Below, one piece after another: positions 21,865 to 23,041 of a stretch of 23,041 nt of DNA (positions within the stretch are counted from its first letter, which is position 1; the number at the start of each line of letters is the position of its first letter). Origin of the DNA: an uncultured bacterium (lineage in GTDB: Bacteria > UBP15 > UBA6099); NCBI GenBank assembly GCA_964409645.1, contig CAYPEK010000005.1, positions 43,939-66,979 of the forward strand, in the 5' to 3' direction. A model generated the notes under the pieces. It ran no database searches, had not been told where the DNA came from, and was given only the letters and a program-made list of their open reading frames with translations. The translations under genes were made by a program, and so were the position numbers.

Positions 21865-23041
21865 ATGAGATCATTCCGAAGACTAATTATACCCGCCTTT
21901 ATTGCGGGAATTTTAATTGTTCATGCGGGGGCTTTGTTCGGCGCCACTCCACAACTAATAAACTATCAAGGTTACCTGAAACAGAGCGGCAAGCCGGTCG
22001 ATGGCAACCTGAGCATGGAATTTGCCTTGTACAATGCACTGACAGGCGGTTCGCAGCTCTGCACCAGCGGCACGCAGACAATCACTGTGACCAAAGGCCG
22101 CTTCAACTTTCAGATCGGTTCCGCCGGCTGCGACCTCTCGACTATCGACTGGAATGCAAACTCCGTTTATCTCGAAATCATTGTTAATGCTTATACCCTT
22201 TCCCCCCGCGAACAAATTATTGCGAGCGGGTACTCTCTTTCGTCAGACAAACTCGACGGACTCGACTCGACCGCGTTCCTGAAAACAACCGGAGGCAGCC
22301 TTACCGGCGCGCTCGGCGTGGCGGGCGCTGTCTCGGCTTCCGGAACAATCAGCACCACTACAACAAGCAGCTTCAACGCACCCGCAAGCGGATACTTCAA
22401 TTTCGGCGCCCTCCTCGGAACAACCGGTTATGGTTTCCGAGACAACGCAGGCGTGCTCGAATACAAGGACAGCTCCGGAAGCTGGATAGCTTTCAATACA
22501 CTAGGGGCTGCAGGCAGCTACTTAGTCACAACGGGCGGCACGATGACGGGGCAGATTACTTCGACGGTCGCCACCGGCACCGCCCCGTTCGTGATTACAT
22601 CCGGCACGAAGATCACAAACCTCAACGCCGACACGCTCGACGGGATCGACTCGTCGGCATTCGCAACCGCCACTCACACTCACACTGGTTACATGGCTTC
22701 GACTACCGATAACTGGGTTAACACAACCGGCGACACCATGACCGGACAACTCACTTCGACGGTTGCCACAGGCACAGCCCCGTTCGTTATCACGTCCGGC
22801 ACTAAAGTCACCAACCTCAACGCCGACACACTCGACGGGATCGACTCGTCGGCATTCGCAACCGCCACTCACACTCACACCGGCTACATGGCTTCGACTA
22901 CCGACAACTGGGTCAACACAACCGGCGACACAATGACCGGTCAACTCACTTCGACGGTTGCCACCGGCACAGCCCCGTTCGTGATTACGTCCGGCACTAA
23001 AGTCACCAACCTCAACGCCGACACACTCGACGGGATCGACT
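21865..23041 (+). CDS. Secreted tail-fibre-like repeat protein, 5' portion only (392 aa in window; runs off the right edge)
   Basis: ATG at 21865, with an in-frame stop upstream at 21820-22. Hand translation: MRSFRRLIIPAFIAGILIVHAGALFGATPQLINYQGYLKQSGKPVDGNLSMEFALYNALTGGSQLCTSGTQTITVTKGRFNFQIG..., a signal peptide followed by an N-terminal module of the form INYQG-x-L-(x6-7)-P-(x1-2)-G-(x3)-M-x-F-x-(I/L)-Y. From memory this module opens many bacterial and phage proteins annotated as tail-fibre-domain-containing. It is followed by 65-aa tandem repeats containing LNADTLDGIDSSAFATATHTHTGY. It is absent from the ORF track because it is open-ended. Confidence 0.75.
   Translation, partial: MRSFRRLIIPAFIAGILIVHAGALFGATPQLINYQGYLKQSGKPVDGNLSMEFALYNALTGGSQLCTSGTQTITVTKGRFNFQIGSAGCDLSTIDWNANSVYLEIIVNAYTLSPREQIIASGYSLSSDKLDGLDSTAFLKTTGGSLTGALGVAGAVSASGTISTTTTSSFNAPASGYFNFGALLGTTGYGFRDNAGVLEYKDSSGSWIAFNTLGAAGSYLVTTGGTMTGQITSTVATGTAPFVITSGTKITNLNADTLDGIDSSAFATATHTHTGYMASTTDNWVNTTGDTMTGQLTSTVATGTAPFVITSGTKVTNLNADTLDGIDSSAFATATHTHTGYMASTTDNWVNTTGDTMTGQLTSTVATGTAPFVITSGTKVTNLNADTLDGID
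22531..23041 (+). repeat. In-frame 195-bp (65-aa) tandem repeats, 2.6 copies in window, inside the tail-fibre-like gene
   Basis: Copies run 22531-22725, 22726-22920 and 22921 onward. Copies 2 and 3 are about 96% identical, with only synonymous differences in the part visible. Copy 1 is about 88% identical with 3 aa changes. Unit: TG(G/D)TMTGQ(I/L)TSTVATGTAPFVITSGTK(I/V)TNLNADTLDGIDSSAFATATHTHTGYMASTTDNWVNT. The minus-strand ORF 22522..22944 in the track is an artefact of this repeat. Confidence 0.9.

Noticed and set aside
22522-22944. 140-aa minus-strand ORF, and possible CRISPR-like regularity
   Set aside because: Artefact of the 195-bp in-frame tandem repeat of the plus-strand fibre gene. 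The repeats are far too long, lack unique spacers and are coding, so this is not a CRISPR array.

Overview
This 23 kb window has high GC in coding regions (third codon positions are strongly G/C) and AT-rich intergenic spacers. The provided ORF track omits any ORF that runs off a window edge, so the two largest genes here are absent from it and were found by reading the sequence.

Gene content, left to right:
- 1..8211 (-): the 5' 8.2 kb of a giant gene with no in-frame stop, encoding at least 2,737 aa and continuing beyond the window start. The product is a secreted, extremely Cys-rich modular protein: signal peptide, FecR-like domain, CC-containing knot-like modules, a Thr/Gly-rich beta-rich region, thrombospondin-type-3-like Asp-rich Ca-binding repeats, then at least 1,900 aa of diverged Cys-rich repeats of a type I do not recognise, organised into super-repeats.
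- 8531..9214 (-): a Crp/Fnr-family regulator directly upstream on the same strand. Two tandem CRP-type boxes (TGTGA-N6-TCAC) lie in the spacer between it and the giant gene.
- 9581..11323 (-): a D-aminoacylase-family amidohydrolase.
- 11525..11899 (+): a small 4-TM membrane protein.
- 11986..12951 (+): an NAD-dependent epimerase/dehydratase.
- 13107..14003 (-): a prohibitin/SPFH protein.
- A co-directional block on the + strand: a divergent class-I xylose-isomerase homologue (14399..15520), a tungsten-type aldehyde:ferredoxin oxidoreductase (15727..17580) and a tandem class-II aldolase-fold fusion protein (17630..18991). After a roughly 290 bp repeat-rich noncoding element flanked by inverted repeats comes a lone sugar-type ABC permease (19315..20238).
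- 20303..20782 (-) and 21087..21563 (-): two CheX-type chemotaxis phosphatase paralogues.
- 21865..23041 (+): a divergently oriented secreted tail-fibre-like repeat protein carrying near-identical 195 bp tandem repeats, running off the right edge.

Noncoding features noted:
- a triple hairpin array sharing the motif GCGGAGCGT between the isomerase and AOR genes;
- a 12 bp motif (ACAGGGACTGGC) shared by two different intergenic regions;
- a bidirectional terminator between the permease and cheX;
- a perfect 8 bp palindrome in front of the tail-fibre-like gene.

The most novel candidates are the Crp-linked giant Cys-rich secreted protein and the putative isomerase, aldolase and tungsten-AOR sugar or aldehyde module.
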